Below, piece after piece: positions 18,453 to 27,587 of a DNA stretch of 64,000 nt (the stretch's first letter is position 1; each line of letters begins with the position of its first letter). The stretch spans positions 1 through 64,000 of IMG/VR virus record IMGVR_UViG_3300031539_000009; one strand, 5' to 3'. The notes beneath the pieces were generated by a model. The model did no database searches and was not told the DNA's origin. It saw only the letters and a list, made by a program, of their open reading frames with translations. The translations under genes and the position numbers were made by a program. This DNA comes from a virus.

Positions 18453-21400
18453 TTAAAAAGCCCGCCCGACATGGACCACGGCCTGTACGATATATGACTG
18501 TTTGTACTTGTCGCTTTTTTGTTTCTCAACTTGCATTATCACAATATCACCAGTGGTCAACTTATCTTGATTTGGCTCATACAAATCGTTGAAGCAGAGC
18601 AACGAACCTACTGCGCCGCCGCCCGGACCCGTCAAGGTCAGAAAAGCCATCATGCCATTCTTGGCCTCATGCCGCTTGCAATCGGTCACCATTCCATATA
18701 TCAACGCCTCAGCCCCGTGTGCTGTTTTGGCCAGCCGCTTGAACGGATTTGCCTTGACCAGTTTTTCACCTTTTTCCTTCCATTCCTCCACCAGCTGATC
18801 CCTTTCAGACGGTCCCAAATGTATGGCATCCCTGGCTTCCCTTTCCCCTTCCGACACCATCAAATCAACAGCAATGCGACTGTAACGCTCCAATGGGTCC
18901 TCAAAAAAGTACATCTCATATGGATTCAGGCCTGACCGCTCTGGCTTTCCTTCCGCCGTCGCCGTCGCAATCTTGTTCTCAACATCGTCCAGATCAGCCA
19001 TGAACTGTACACGCATCGTCTTGGACTTAGCAAACAACGACACCTTCATGGCCACGCACGTCCCGATTCCCTTTTCAATAATGGGCCTGAACTCATCGAA
19101 CTTATCAATGTCCAGCTTAATCCTCCAATGGACATGCGTCTCATCCTGGACGTTGAAATTGCTGTACCTCTTTTTCCAACCAATCCGGTCCTTTTCCGCC
19201 TGATCCGGCTCTGTGGTGTGGAAGTCACCGACCTGGTTGAAGCGGACATCGATGATTTGCCCTCTGATGAACGCATCGCCACCATCCCAAGGCAATTGAT
19301 CCAATGGGCTGAATTTGATGTGCGGACCGAACTGATCCAACAGGTCATCGTACAACTCAACCGGATGCTTGTCCATTGGAAGCGGGCACACATCTATCGA
19401 CATGCGCACCAGCATCTCTGGTGTGAAATCTTCTTCACTGGCCGACTGGGCCAGCACCTTATCAACGCTGTCATATTCGTGTTTGTCGCAGTACTTCAGA
19501 AGTGTCTCGACATTCTCCAAAAAAAACTTGACGTTGGGAATCAAACCGGTGAACGCCCCGGCCTTGACTAACATCTCAACGGACCGCTTGTTCACATATG
19601 ACTTTCCCACCCGCTTCCTGAAATTGCCGAATGAGGTGAACTCGCCATCCTTGTCCCGCTCCAACTCAATTTTTTCGATTCCCTTATTGGTCACCCACTT
19701 GATCTTATTCAAAGCAAATATGATCCGGCTCTTGCTATCTATCCTGAAGTGTTTGTTGCTGTGATTAATGTGGGGTTTGATAATCTCCACCCCCAGCCTT
19801 TCCGCTTCCTGTATAGTCCTGGCCGCTGTTTCTGAATCAGGCTCATGCTTGAGTAAAGCCCACATGAATTCCACAGGATAGTACACTTTGAGCCACATCT
19901 CCCAATAAGCAATGGCCGCATATGCGACTGCGTGCGATTTGTTAAAGCCATATGAACCAAAGAATACAATGGAGTCAAACAGCTTCGCCGCCTTTCCCTT
20001 TTCCATCCCGATCTTGGCCGCCCCCTCCATGAATCGGTCCTTTTCCTTGGTTATGACTTCCACGCCCGCCTTTTTGGCAATATCCTTCCTGAGTGAGTCA
20101 GCCGTTCCAGGCTCATATCCGCCGATCTGCTTAAAAATCTGAATGACCTGCTCCTGGTACACGATGACGCCATATGTCGGCCCGGTAATGGCATCATATG
20201 CTGGGTGTATTTTTTCCCACTTCGCCCCGTTTTTGCGCTCCACATACTTGGTCGCCAGACCGGACCTTGCTGTGCCCGGCCTGTTCAACGCATTCATGGC
20301 GGCCACGTCCTCAAATGAGTCAAATGTAATCGCTTCAGCCAGGTTGAACATCGATGTCGTGTCATACTGGAATATCCCAGCAAACTGTCTGTCTGTGAAC
20401 GATTTGAACACCTTGTCATCGTCCATCGGCATCCCTTCCAGATCAATTTCCTTCCCGTGTCGCCGCTTAATTTCACCCAGACAGTCCCCGACCACGGACA
20501 GGTTGCGCAACCCCAAAACATCCAACTTGAGCAACCCAAAATCTGTGCACCCCCAAAAATCCACTGCTGTACAGGGTGTGACCGCCTTGTCTGTTTTCTG
20601 TACCTCCATCGGAACAATGGTGGACAGTTTCCTGGGTCCAATCACAACCCCGGCTGCGTGGACCCCTTTCTGGCGTGCCTGTCCTTCCAAAGACATCACC
20701 AGTGGCAATATTTCAGGGTGTCTGGCGTTAAACTCCTGGCACACCTTAAACTCTTTGAATGAATCCTGAACGGTCTGGCTGGCCCGCTCATCGCCGGATG
20801 ACCTCTCAACAATGCTGTTGGTGACCTGCGCCACCTCATTCATGTGTATTTTATGGACCCTGGAGACATCCCTCAGACATTGCTTCCCTTTCAATGTTCC
20901 CACGGTCCCGATCAATGAAGTGTTTTCCGCCCCATACCTATCAATCAAATAATCAATGACTTCTTGGCGCCGAACGTCCTCAAAATCCATATCAATATCA
21001 GGCATGTCTATCCGGCCCGGACTCATGAACCTTTCAAACAACAATTCATGCTCCACCGGGTCAACCGATGTGATGCCCAACAAGAATGACACCAAACATC
21101 CCGCCGCCGAACCACGACCAGGACCAACTACCATTTCCTGTTTCCGCACCCACTTGTAAAGATCATGGACAATCAGGAAATATCGCTCAAACTTGCTTCC
21201 CAAAATTGCCCTCATTTCCATTGACACCCGCTCTGAATATATCCTGATGGCATCCTCATAGCTGATGTGACGATTCCTGGCCAGTCGCCTGGCACGCTCT
21301 GGCACGTTGCGCCACGCCCAGCCATCCTTACACAACTGAAATATGTATTGCTTTTCCGTCAATCCGGCTGGCACCTCAACGTCCGGCAGAATACAGGCGA

Positions 21401-22346
21401 ACTTGTCCAGCTTTAAGTCCACATTACAACGCTCAGATAGTTGGACGGAATTGTCCATCATCTCGAACATGTCACCCTTTTCTATCCACGGGTGATATCT
21501 GCGGACTGCCCCCATCATTTCCTTGGGAGTGCGAAACCAAAAATCATGGGTGTCAAATTTGAAACGATTGGGGTCATCTAAGGTCTGTTTGAATTGAAGG
21601 CACATCAGGACTTCTTGCTGCAACCAATCATCCGGCCTGAGATAATGAACATCATTGGTCAGGATGGGCTTGAACCCGAACTGCTTGGCCATTTTCAAGA
21701 TATACTGATTGGACTCATCCTGGCCATCTATTTCGTTGGGCATCACCTCGCCATACACTCGATCAGGCCCAAAAATATCCAACAACTTTTTCAGGTGCCT
21801 GGCCGCTTTCCGGTGATCGCCCTCCAGGAATGGCTTGCTGAGTATTCCGCCAACGCACGCCGTCCCGACCATTATGCCCTCTTGATGCTTTTCCAAAACT
21901 TCCCAATCAACTCTGGGCCTATTGCGATACAAGCCAGTGAGCCAACCTTCCGATGTCAGCTGGAATAGATTGCTCAATCCTGTTTCGTTCATGGCCCAAG
22001 CGCACAAATGCCATGTCTCGCTGATTCCCAATTCCCTTTCCCTGTCCTTCACCCACTTGCGCCGCTGCCCTGAAGGAATGTCTTGCGCCAACGCTTTTTC
22101 CTCTTCAGGCAACGCTGTCTTGCGCCGGTCGCCGGTGACATACAGTTCACAACCATAAACCGGCTTCACGCCCGCCCCTTTGGCTGCCTTGTGGAACCTG
22201 TAAACACCACGCATTGATCCGTGGTCGGTCATCGCCACCCTTTCGTGACCAGCTTCTTTGGCCCGCTCCATAAGATCGGTGACCCGGCCCACACCGTCTA
22301 ACAGGCTGAACTCGGTGTGTAGGTGGGCATGGAAGTGATATGGCAT
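18453..22346 (-). CDS. dnaE: DNA polymerase III alpha subunit
   Basis: HLHTEFSLLDG PHP domain, GRGSAAG, MPDIDMDF, KLDVLGL, YGFNKSH. Confidence 0.96.
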   Translation of the reverse strand: MPYHFHAHLHTEFSLLDGVGRVTDLMERAKEAGHERVAMTDHGSMRGVYRFHKAAKGAGVKPVYGCELYVTGDRRKTALPEEEKALAQDIPSGQRRKWVKDRERELGISETWHLCAWAMNETGLSNLFQLTSEGWLTGLYRNRPRVDWEVLEKHQEGIMVGTACVGGILSKPFLEGDHRKAARHLKKLLDIFGPDRVYGEVMPNEIDGQDESNQYILKMAKQFGFKPILTNDVHYLRPDDWLQQEVLMCLQFKQTLDDPNRFKFDTHDFWFRTPKEMMGAVRRYHPWIEKGDMFEMMDNSVQLSERCNVDLKLDKFACILPDVEVPAGLTEKQYIFQLCKDGWAWRNVPERARRLARNRHISYEDAIRIYSERVSMEMRAILGSKFERYFLIVHDLYKWVRKQEMVVGPGRGSAAGCLVSFLLGITSVDPVEHELLFERFMSPGRIDMPDIDMDFEDVRRQEVIDYLIDRYGAENTSLIGTVGTLKGKQCLRDVSRVHKIHMNEVAQVTNSIVERSSGDERASQTVQDSFKEFKVCQEFNARHPEILPLVMSLEGQARQKGVHAAGVVIGPRKLSTIVPMEVQKTDKAVTPCTAVDFWGCTDFGLLKLDVLGLRNLSVVGDCLGEIKRRHGKEIDLEGMPMDDDKVFKSFTDRQFAGIFQYDTTSMFNLAEAITFDSFEDVAAMNALNRPGTARSGLATKYVERKNGAKWEKIHPAYDAITGPTYGVIVYQEQVIQIFKQIGGYEPGTADSLRKDIAKKAGVEVITKEKDRFMEGAAKIGMEKGKAAKLFDSIVFFGSYGFNKSHAVAYAAIAYWEMWLKVYYPVEFMWALLKHEPDSETAARTIQEAERLGVEIIKPHINHSNKHFRIDSKSRIIFALNKIKWVTNKGIEKIELERDKDGEFTSFGNFRKRVGKSYVNKRSVEMLVKAGAFTGLIPNVKFFLENVETLLKYCDKHEYDSVDKVLAQSASEEDFTPEMLVRMSIDVCPLPMDKHPVELYDDLLDQFGPHIKFSPLDQLPWDGGDAFIRGQIIDVRFNQVGDFHTTEPDQAEKDRIGWKKRYSNFNVQDETHVHWRIKLDIDKFDEFRPIIEKGIGTCVAMKVSLFAKSKTMRVQFMADLDDVENKIATATAEGKPERSGLNPYEMYFFEDPLERYSRIAVDLMVSEGEREARDAIHLGPSERDQLVEEWKEKGEKLVKANPFKRLAKTAHGAEALIYGMVTDCKRHEAKNGMMAFLTLTGPGGGAVGSLLCFNDLYEPNQDKLTTGDIVIMQVEKQKSDKYKQSYIVQAVVHVGRAF

Positions 22347-22349
22347 TTT

Positions 22350-22832
22350 TTACCTCTCATCATTGGGCAATCTCGGAAAGTATTTCAAAACGTCCTTGAA
22401 CGCTTTCAGACTATGGCCAAACAACTTAACTGATTGCCCCAGTTTCTGGGCTGCTTGGACGTCAAATGGGGTGAACAACGCATCCCTGATTTCAGTGTCC
22501 GTGAACCCATTTTCTGCATGTTTGTTTATATGGAATCCGATGACCTCTTTCAACTCAGCTGGATACGCACCATGAAGAATGTATATCAAATAGTTGATCC
22601 CCTCAGCCGTCCTGGCCAGGCGTGATACCAGCTTCCCCTTGTGCGGACCGAACTTCAACCTGGCATCCGGCAGACCGCCATCGTGCGGCAGAATAACTGT
22701 GTGCTGGTCGTGAAGATCAGCCTCAACCTGCGTTGCTTCCTGTTCCGCTTCCGTCTCAATCGTGGGCGCAATTCCATCCTGGGAATTCCCGCCCCTTTGA
22801 AACATTTCCCTGATTTTGTCTTTTGTGCTCAT
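22350..22832 (-). CDS. Hypothetical protein with FGxHKG...YL motif (DUF3820/ExoX C-terminal-like)
   Basis: LKFGPHKGKLV...NYLIYI. Confidence 0.55.
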   Translation of the reverse strand: MSTKDKIREMFQRGGNSQDGIAPTIETEAEQEATQVEADLHDQHTVILPHDGGLPDARLKFGPHKGKLVSRLARTAEGINYLIYILHGAYPAELKEVIGFHINKHAENGFTDTEIRDALFTPFDVQAAQKLGQSVKLFGHSLKAFKDVLKYFPRLPNDER

Positions 22833-23391
22833 CAATGAACCTCTTGGCAACCTCCAAAGTCACTGTTGGCCCATACCCGCTGGTGTCAATGCTCAACTTT
22901 GGAATTCGATTAACCATGCCACATGTCCGATCTAATTGGGTGGCCACATGCCACCAATCTTTTTCATCCTCCAACGGGAATTTTTCATGCTTGCAACGCT
23001 TCTTTGAATCCTCATAGCAACAGCCCAAATACAAGTACACGACCGGACCGCCGCCCTGCAAAAGACTTTCCTGCCAAACATCCATCCACGACTTTATCCG
23101 TGGATCATTTTCATCAAATTCACCGTACAACGAACCATAAGCAATCGCTGAGGGCAAGGACCGATCCAAAATCACATTCCTTCCAACCTGCCCCAGCACC
23201 TCTGCCACGAGAACATCCTCAATGTAACTATTCACAGGAATGCCAATTTGGCGCATCCCTTCCACAATCTCGTTGAAATTCCGTCCGGCCCGCCGGAATG
23301 ATCGGAACACAGGCCAACGTGTCCGCCTTTCCAGCTGCTCGCAAAGACTTGTCTTGCCCGATCCATTGATGCCCTCAGCAATTACTATCAT
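22756..23391 (-). CDS. P-loop nucleoside monophosphate kinase (thymidylate kinase-like)
   Basis: IAEGINGSGKTS, ILDRSLPSAIAYG. Confidence 0.8.
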   Translation of the reverse strand: MIVIAEGINGSGKTSLCEQLERRTRWPVFRSFRRAGRNFNEIVEGMRQIGIPVNSYIEDVLVAEVLGQVGRNVILDRSLPSAIAYGSLYGEFDENDPRIKSWMDVWQESLLQGGGPVVYLYLGCCYEDSKKRCKHEKFPLEDEKDWWHVATQLDRTCGMVNRIPKLSIDTSGYGPTVTLEVAKRFIDEHKRQNQGNVSKGREFPGWNCAHD

Positions 23392-23404
23392 GGCCGCTTC
23401 CCCC

Positions 23405-24592
23405 TTATTTCAGGAAGCTGTTGTGGGTGTCCAGGATTGCTTTCAGGCCATCCTGCAACTCCAACGGTGATATGTTGAGCGGTGGGGTGATCTTGATCTG
23501 TCCCTTTGGTCTGAACGTGGCGATGAGCAGACCGAACTCCCTGGCCCGCTCTGCGAACTGATAACCATCATATCCAAAGCTGTCGAACCTTGGCAAAATT
23601 CCCCAGTGGACTCCCACGCCATCGATGGTCTCAATCCAATCCTGGGCTGTGAAAAAATCCTCCATGATTTTGCTTGTGTCTCGAATGTGCTGCAGCCCGC
23701 CGTCCTCAAGCCAATCCAATAAAATCAAATTGGCCTCACAAACAAACGGACCGCCGCCGAATGTGGTGTAATGCGTCCTGGGCGCCAACGTCCCGGAACA
23801 CTTGGGAGTGGCCAAACAAGCTGACATCGGATAACCCAACGCAATTCCTTTTCCCAAGGTCAAAACATCAGGTTGAATCCCAAAATATTCCCCGGCTGTG
23901 TACGTCCCGGTCCTGCCCATCCCCACCTGGACCTCATCGAATATGAGCAAGATGTCATGGGTGTCGCAGAATTCACGGACCTCTTTCAACAGCCCTTCCC
24001 GATGCAGACGAACCTCATTGTTGCCCGATATGGGCGACATGAAAATGGCAGCCACGTCACCAGGCACCAGGTCGCTCAATTCCTTGAAGAATGTGAACCC
24101 GGTTGGCATCGGTCCAAATCCTTCTTTGTGATATGGTGAATCCCTGGAATCCGTCGCCGCCAAAGACCAACCGGTGCGACCTGCAAACTGCCCCTCAATC
24201 GAAGCAATTATGCACTTGTCATTCCCTTTGTCGTGCTGATATTTGCGGGCCAGCTTGATGGCTGTCTCGTTGGCTTCCGTCCCGGAATTAGCAAAAAACA
24301 CCTTGTCCATTCCCGTGACTCGGCACAACCTTTCTGCGCACTCCCATCTGGTAGGGTGCGGCAGCATGTCTGCCAGCTGGTGCGGCTTTCCGGCTTCAAG
24401 GAAATTGGTCAGCCGATTTATGACCATCTGATTGCCATACCCCAACGATATTGTCCCGACATCAGCGCACATGTCAATGAATTCATGGCCATCCTCTGTG
24501 TATAGTTTGGCCCCTTCCCCGCCACCGATCACCAATGGCAACCGATTTATGGTGGGCATCAGGTGCCCGTCCATTTGCCTTTCATCCATCAT
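23405..24592 (-). CDS. PLP-dependent class-III aminotransferase (ArgD/OAT fold, divergent)
   Basis: NSGTEANE, FDEVQVGMGRTG, PDVLTLGKG. Confidence 0.92.
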   Translation of the reverse strand: MMDERQMDGHLMPTINRLPLVIGGGEGAKLYTEDGHEFIDMCADVGTISLGYGNQMVINRLTNFLEAGKPHQLADMLPHPTRWECAERLCRVTGMDKVFFANSGTEANETAIKLARKYQHDKGNDKCIIASIEGQFAGRTGWSLAATDSRDSPYHKEGFGPMPTGFTFFKELSDLVPGDVAAIFMSPISGNNEVRLHREGLLKEVREFCDTHDILLIFDEVQVGMGRTGTYTAGEYFGIQPDVLTLGKGIALGYPMSACLATPKCSGTLAPRTHYTTFGGGPFVCEANLILLDWLEDGGLQHIRDTSKIMEDFFTAQDWIETIDGVGVHWGILPRFDSFGYDGYQFAERAREFGLLIATFRPKGQIKITPPLNISPLELQDGLKAILDTHNSFLK

Positions 24593-25536
24593 CTCACTTT
24601 CACCCCCGTCCAAGGATCACGCCCCCAATATTCACGATATTCACCCACACGCTGCTTGCCCATGGGGTTGTAATCCCGCTCCACTTCAGCCGGATCAAGA
24701 CCGGCCACCAATTTGGCGTACATCGGGCAAACTGGCAAAGCATCCTCACCCGTCACACGCCTTTCATTTTCGTGCTCGAATTTGCAGCCGCCGAACTCTT
24801 CATTGCAGATGCACGGTGGCGTGGCCATTTCTGAGAATATCGGGTGAACCTTGGTGGCGCACTCTTTGATCATCCCCCGGATAACCGGCCCCCACAACCC
24901 CAGCTGAAGTATCCAACACGACCTTTTGCCCACGATATGGAGCATGCTGTTGACGTTCATCGTCCAACTGATCCGGTGCTGCGCCCCCAACGGAATCAGG
25001 TCACGGGCATCTTCCATAGGCACGCCCGCTTCCACCAGCCTGTTGTACATATCCTGAATCCTCTTCATGGTGTCGCCATATTCACGATACAGGTCAGGCC
25101 TGGTCTTGCCTAACTGGCGGATGGTGTTGGCCTTGCGATACATTCCCTGGTCTGCGAACGTCCCCATGTTCTGAATCCGCATCGACTGGCTCCAATAGCT
25201 GGAACTGACCAAATCAGGAATGAGGTCAACTCCGATGCGGTCATCATGCTTGTGCCCGACTCGGTGACGGACCGCTTGCTCACGCCAACTGACGCTCACG
25301 CCCTCCATCATGAAGTTGAAATAAATGGACTCACTGACCGGAATGTTCTGGGCCACGACCTTCCTGAACAATTCCAGCAACCCATCGTCACCCATGGGGT
25401 CATCCGGGTCACGCTTCCCGGCCTTCACTTCATCCACCGTCAACAGCGGATTTTCAGACTTGCTTGCCCACCAGATTATGTACAGTGTCTCCAGCGGGTC
25501 ATTTGTGTTACTGATCAATCTCACCCTTGGTTCCAT
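24589..25536 (-). CDS. thyX: Flavin-dependent thymidylate synthase (ThyX)-like protein, atypical
   Basis: EQAVRHR, SQSMR, GVPMEDARDLIP, TMN...KRSC. Confidence 0.8.
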   Translation of the reverse strand: MEPRVRLISNTNDPLETLYIIWWASKSENPLLTVDEVKAGKRDPDDPMGDDGLLELFRKVVAQNIPVSESIYFNFMMEGVSVSWREQAVRHRVGHKHDDRIGVDLIPDLVSSSYWSQSMRIQNMGTFADQGMYRKANTIRQLGKTRPDLYREYGDTMKRIQDMYNRLVEAGVPMEDARDLIPLGAQHRISWTMNVNSMLHIVGKRSCWILQLGLWGPVIRGMIKECATKVHPIFSEMATPPCICNEEFGGCKFEHENERRVTGEDALPVCPMYAKLVAGLDPAEVERDYNPMGKQRVGEYREYWGRDPWTGVKVR

Positions 25537-25557
25537 TTTGATACCTCCATTTGATTA

Positions 25558-26451
25558 TTACAGGCCAAGCCTGTTCAAGACTTCGCCCCAGTTTGTGACC
25601 GGCTCCAAACAATCGTGCGGTGCTAAATTGTCTGAAATCGGACTCTTGAAATACAACACCTTTATTCCGTCCCCGGCCAAGTCCAACGCATGCTTTGGGT
25701 CATCCTCGATGAATCCCACGACCTTAGCAGGGTGGATGTTTTCCCAGACTGCCCCGGACTTGTCCCTGGACCACAGCACCTGATCCGGCTTGATCCCATG
25801 TTTGTCCAACCAGAAGTGGGTGTCTGTGGCAATCCTGCGCACTTTCCAATATGGCCTGGCCGTTATCACCACCAACTTGTTTCCTGCCTCTTTGATGGCT
25901 CGGAGTGCTCCAACCGCCCCGTCAATCAGCCCTGTTTCTCTGAATCGCCCCTCTTGATAAAATGCCATCACAGCCACTTCCCGATCTGCCTGGGACAACT
26001 CTTTGTATCCTTTTCCGGCCCGTCCCAAACAAAACATGTCAAATTGGGCAAAAAAATCGGCCACCACTCCATCCAGGTCAGTGACCACAACCGGTGTCGA
26101 TTCCTTCAACTCCATCAATTCAGCTTGCCAACGCTGATCGACCAGGTTTGACTTCTCAAAAAATGCCATCAAGAATTGCTTGTGGGTGATCCCTATGGCC
26201 TGGGCAATCGCCATGGTGTATTTGAACACGTCTGCGCACTGGTCCAAGGCATTCCCATCGATGTCCGGGCACGCCTTCAATTGATGGTGTTTCGGTATCA
26301 ATTCCCGCTTCAATTCAGTGACCTCTTCAAACAGGCCCAAAAGCAGGTCGGATAGCAGCCTGTGCCGCTCTGCTTCCGTCATGGAATCCGGGTTGATCCC
26401 TAACTTTTTTTGTTGCTCCGCTTGCCTTGCCCAAACTTTACCAAATTCCAT
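25558..26451 (-). CDS. All-alpha NTP pyrophosphatase (dUTPase/MazG-like) fused to HAD 5'(3')-nucleotidase-like domain
   Basis: EEVTEL...ADVFKY...EKS..R; DLDGVVAD, ITAR, IEDD. Confidence 0.8.
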   Translation of the reverse strand: MEFGKVWARQAEQQKKLGINPDSMTEAERHRLLSDLLLGLFEEVTELKRELIPKHHQLKACPDIDGNALDQCADVFKYTMAIAQAIGITHKQFLMAFFEKSNLVDQRWQAELMELKESTPVVVTDLDGVVADFFAQFDMFCLGRAGKGYKELSQADREVAVMAFYQEGRFRETGLIDGAVGALRAIKEAGNKLVVITARPYWKVRRIATDTHFWLDKHGIKPDQVLWSRDKSGAVWENIHPAKVVGFIEDDPKHALDLAGDGIKVLYFKSPISDNLAPHDCLEPVTNWGEVLNRLGL

Positions 26452-27394
26452 CACACCACCTTCCGACCTTTTCTGCCACAACGTCTGTTGTTTCCCTTGA
26501 GTCCCAAGCAGCATATCTGCCAATGGGAATCACGCCTTCAGGATATTCCAGCCCCTCATCGCAACCGATGATATGACCCTTGATCCTTCCCTGTTTACTT
26601 ATTCTCATTCCAATGCCAAGGACATGAATCACATCTTTGGCAACCGCTTCCGACTGGTCACTGTCGTCAACCCCATGAGGTTGTGGCACTTCAGCCCAAA
26701 ACGATCTTTGTTGCAAGTTGTAGCTGATCCTGGACACCACTTTCTGCGCTGGTGTGTAAATGTAATCCGGCCCGGCCCACTTCTGATTCCCATTCCACGT
26801 CACCTCATACAAGGCAATATTCCCGTTGCGCAGATCAGGAAAGTCAAGACCGCCGATGGCGGCAAAAACGCTGGCGTGAGCCGATGTAAATAACATGTCA
26901 TAATTGAAATTGCCAGATTTTGTTTTTATGGCATGCTCTGTGTGATCGACTTCCACAACCATGTCGGTACACAACCTGACCCCTTCAAGTGCTGCCTTGC
27001 TCAATTCTGATGGATTTATAACCATAGACTTGGAATGGTCTTTGCCAGGATCATTCATACACTTGGCAGTCCAGCCATCTAATGTCCCCCTGGTCTTGGC
27101 ATAGTGCATCCGTTGAATCTTCTCAGCACGGTCCCGGACCCGGCCCATCATTTCTGGATATGGCAATATTTTCCCGGCCCAATATATTCCGCCGTGAATT
27201 TCCTTGAAATCAACATTGACTCCGTGATGGCACAAAGTTGCCAGGAAGTGCCTGGACCAATGAAAGTATTTCAGCCCGCCTTTGAAAAAATCGCCGGTGT
27301 CAGGACCGATGGCCGTGACCTGGTGTCCGAACCTCTTCAAAACCAATGATGCCACCTGGCCACTCACACCCGTCCCGATTATTACGCAATTCAT
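26438..27394 (-). CDS. FAD-dependent oxidoreductase/mutase-like flavoprotein
   Basis: N-terminal IIGTGVSG; C-terminal IGRYAAW. Confidence 0.75.
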   Translation of the reverse strand: MNCVIIGTGVSGQVASLVLKRFGHQVTAIGPDTGDFFKGGLKYFHWSRHFLATLCHHGVNVDFKEIHGGIYWAGKILPYPEMMGRVRDRAEKIQRMHYAKTRGTLDGWTAKCMNDPGKDHSKSMVINPSELSKAALEGVRLCTDMVVEVDHTEHAIKTKSGNFNYDMLFTSAHASVFAAIGGLDFPDLRNGNIALYEVTWNGNQKWAGPDYIYTPAQKVVSRISYNLQQRSFWAEVPQPHGVDDSDQSEAVAKDVIHVLGIGMRISKQGRIKGHIIGCDEGLEYPEGVIPIGRYAAWDSRETTDVVAEKVGRWCDGIW

Positions 27395-27397
27395 GTG

Positions 27398-27510
27398 TGC
27401 TTTCCTTGCATTCTATTTTGCATGTATGAATTCAACCTTTTCAAACCCTTATGCACTAACAACTGCATTCATTTTTTGCGCATTTTTGAATGCATTCCTT
27501 ACTGCAAAAA
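27398..27510. repeat. TGCA-phased intergenic element, copy C
   Basis: Units at 27407, 27419, 27431, 27440, 27452, 27464, 27479, 27491, 27503. Confidence 0.85.
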
Positions 27511-27519
27511 CGTGTGTGT

Positions 27520-27563
27520 AAAAAGGGCCAGCACCCTGGTGTTGATCCTGGATGCTGGCCCTT
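27520..27563 (-). terminator. Rho-independent terminator
   Basis: AAGGGCCAGCA...TGCTGGCCCTT followed by a T run on minus. Confidence 0.8.
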
Positions 27564-27587
27564 GTCATCATTCACAGGTTGTCCAGC

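Noticed and set aside
18453-22346. Intein or intron in dnaE, dnaB or recA
   Set aside because: Motifs are contiguous, lengths ordinary, no splice or homing-endonuclease motifs seen.
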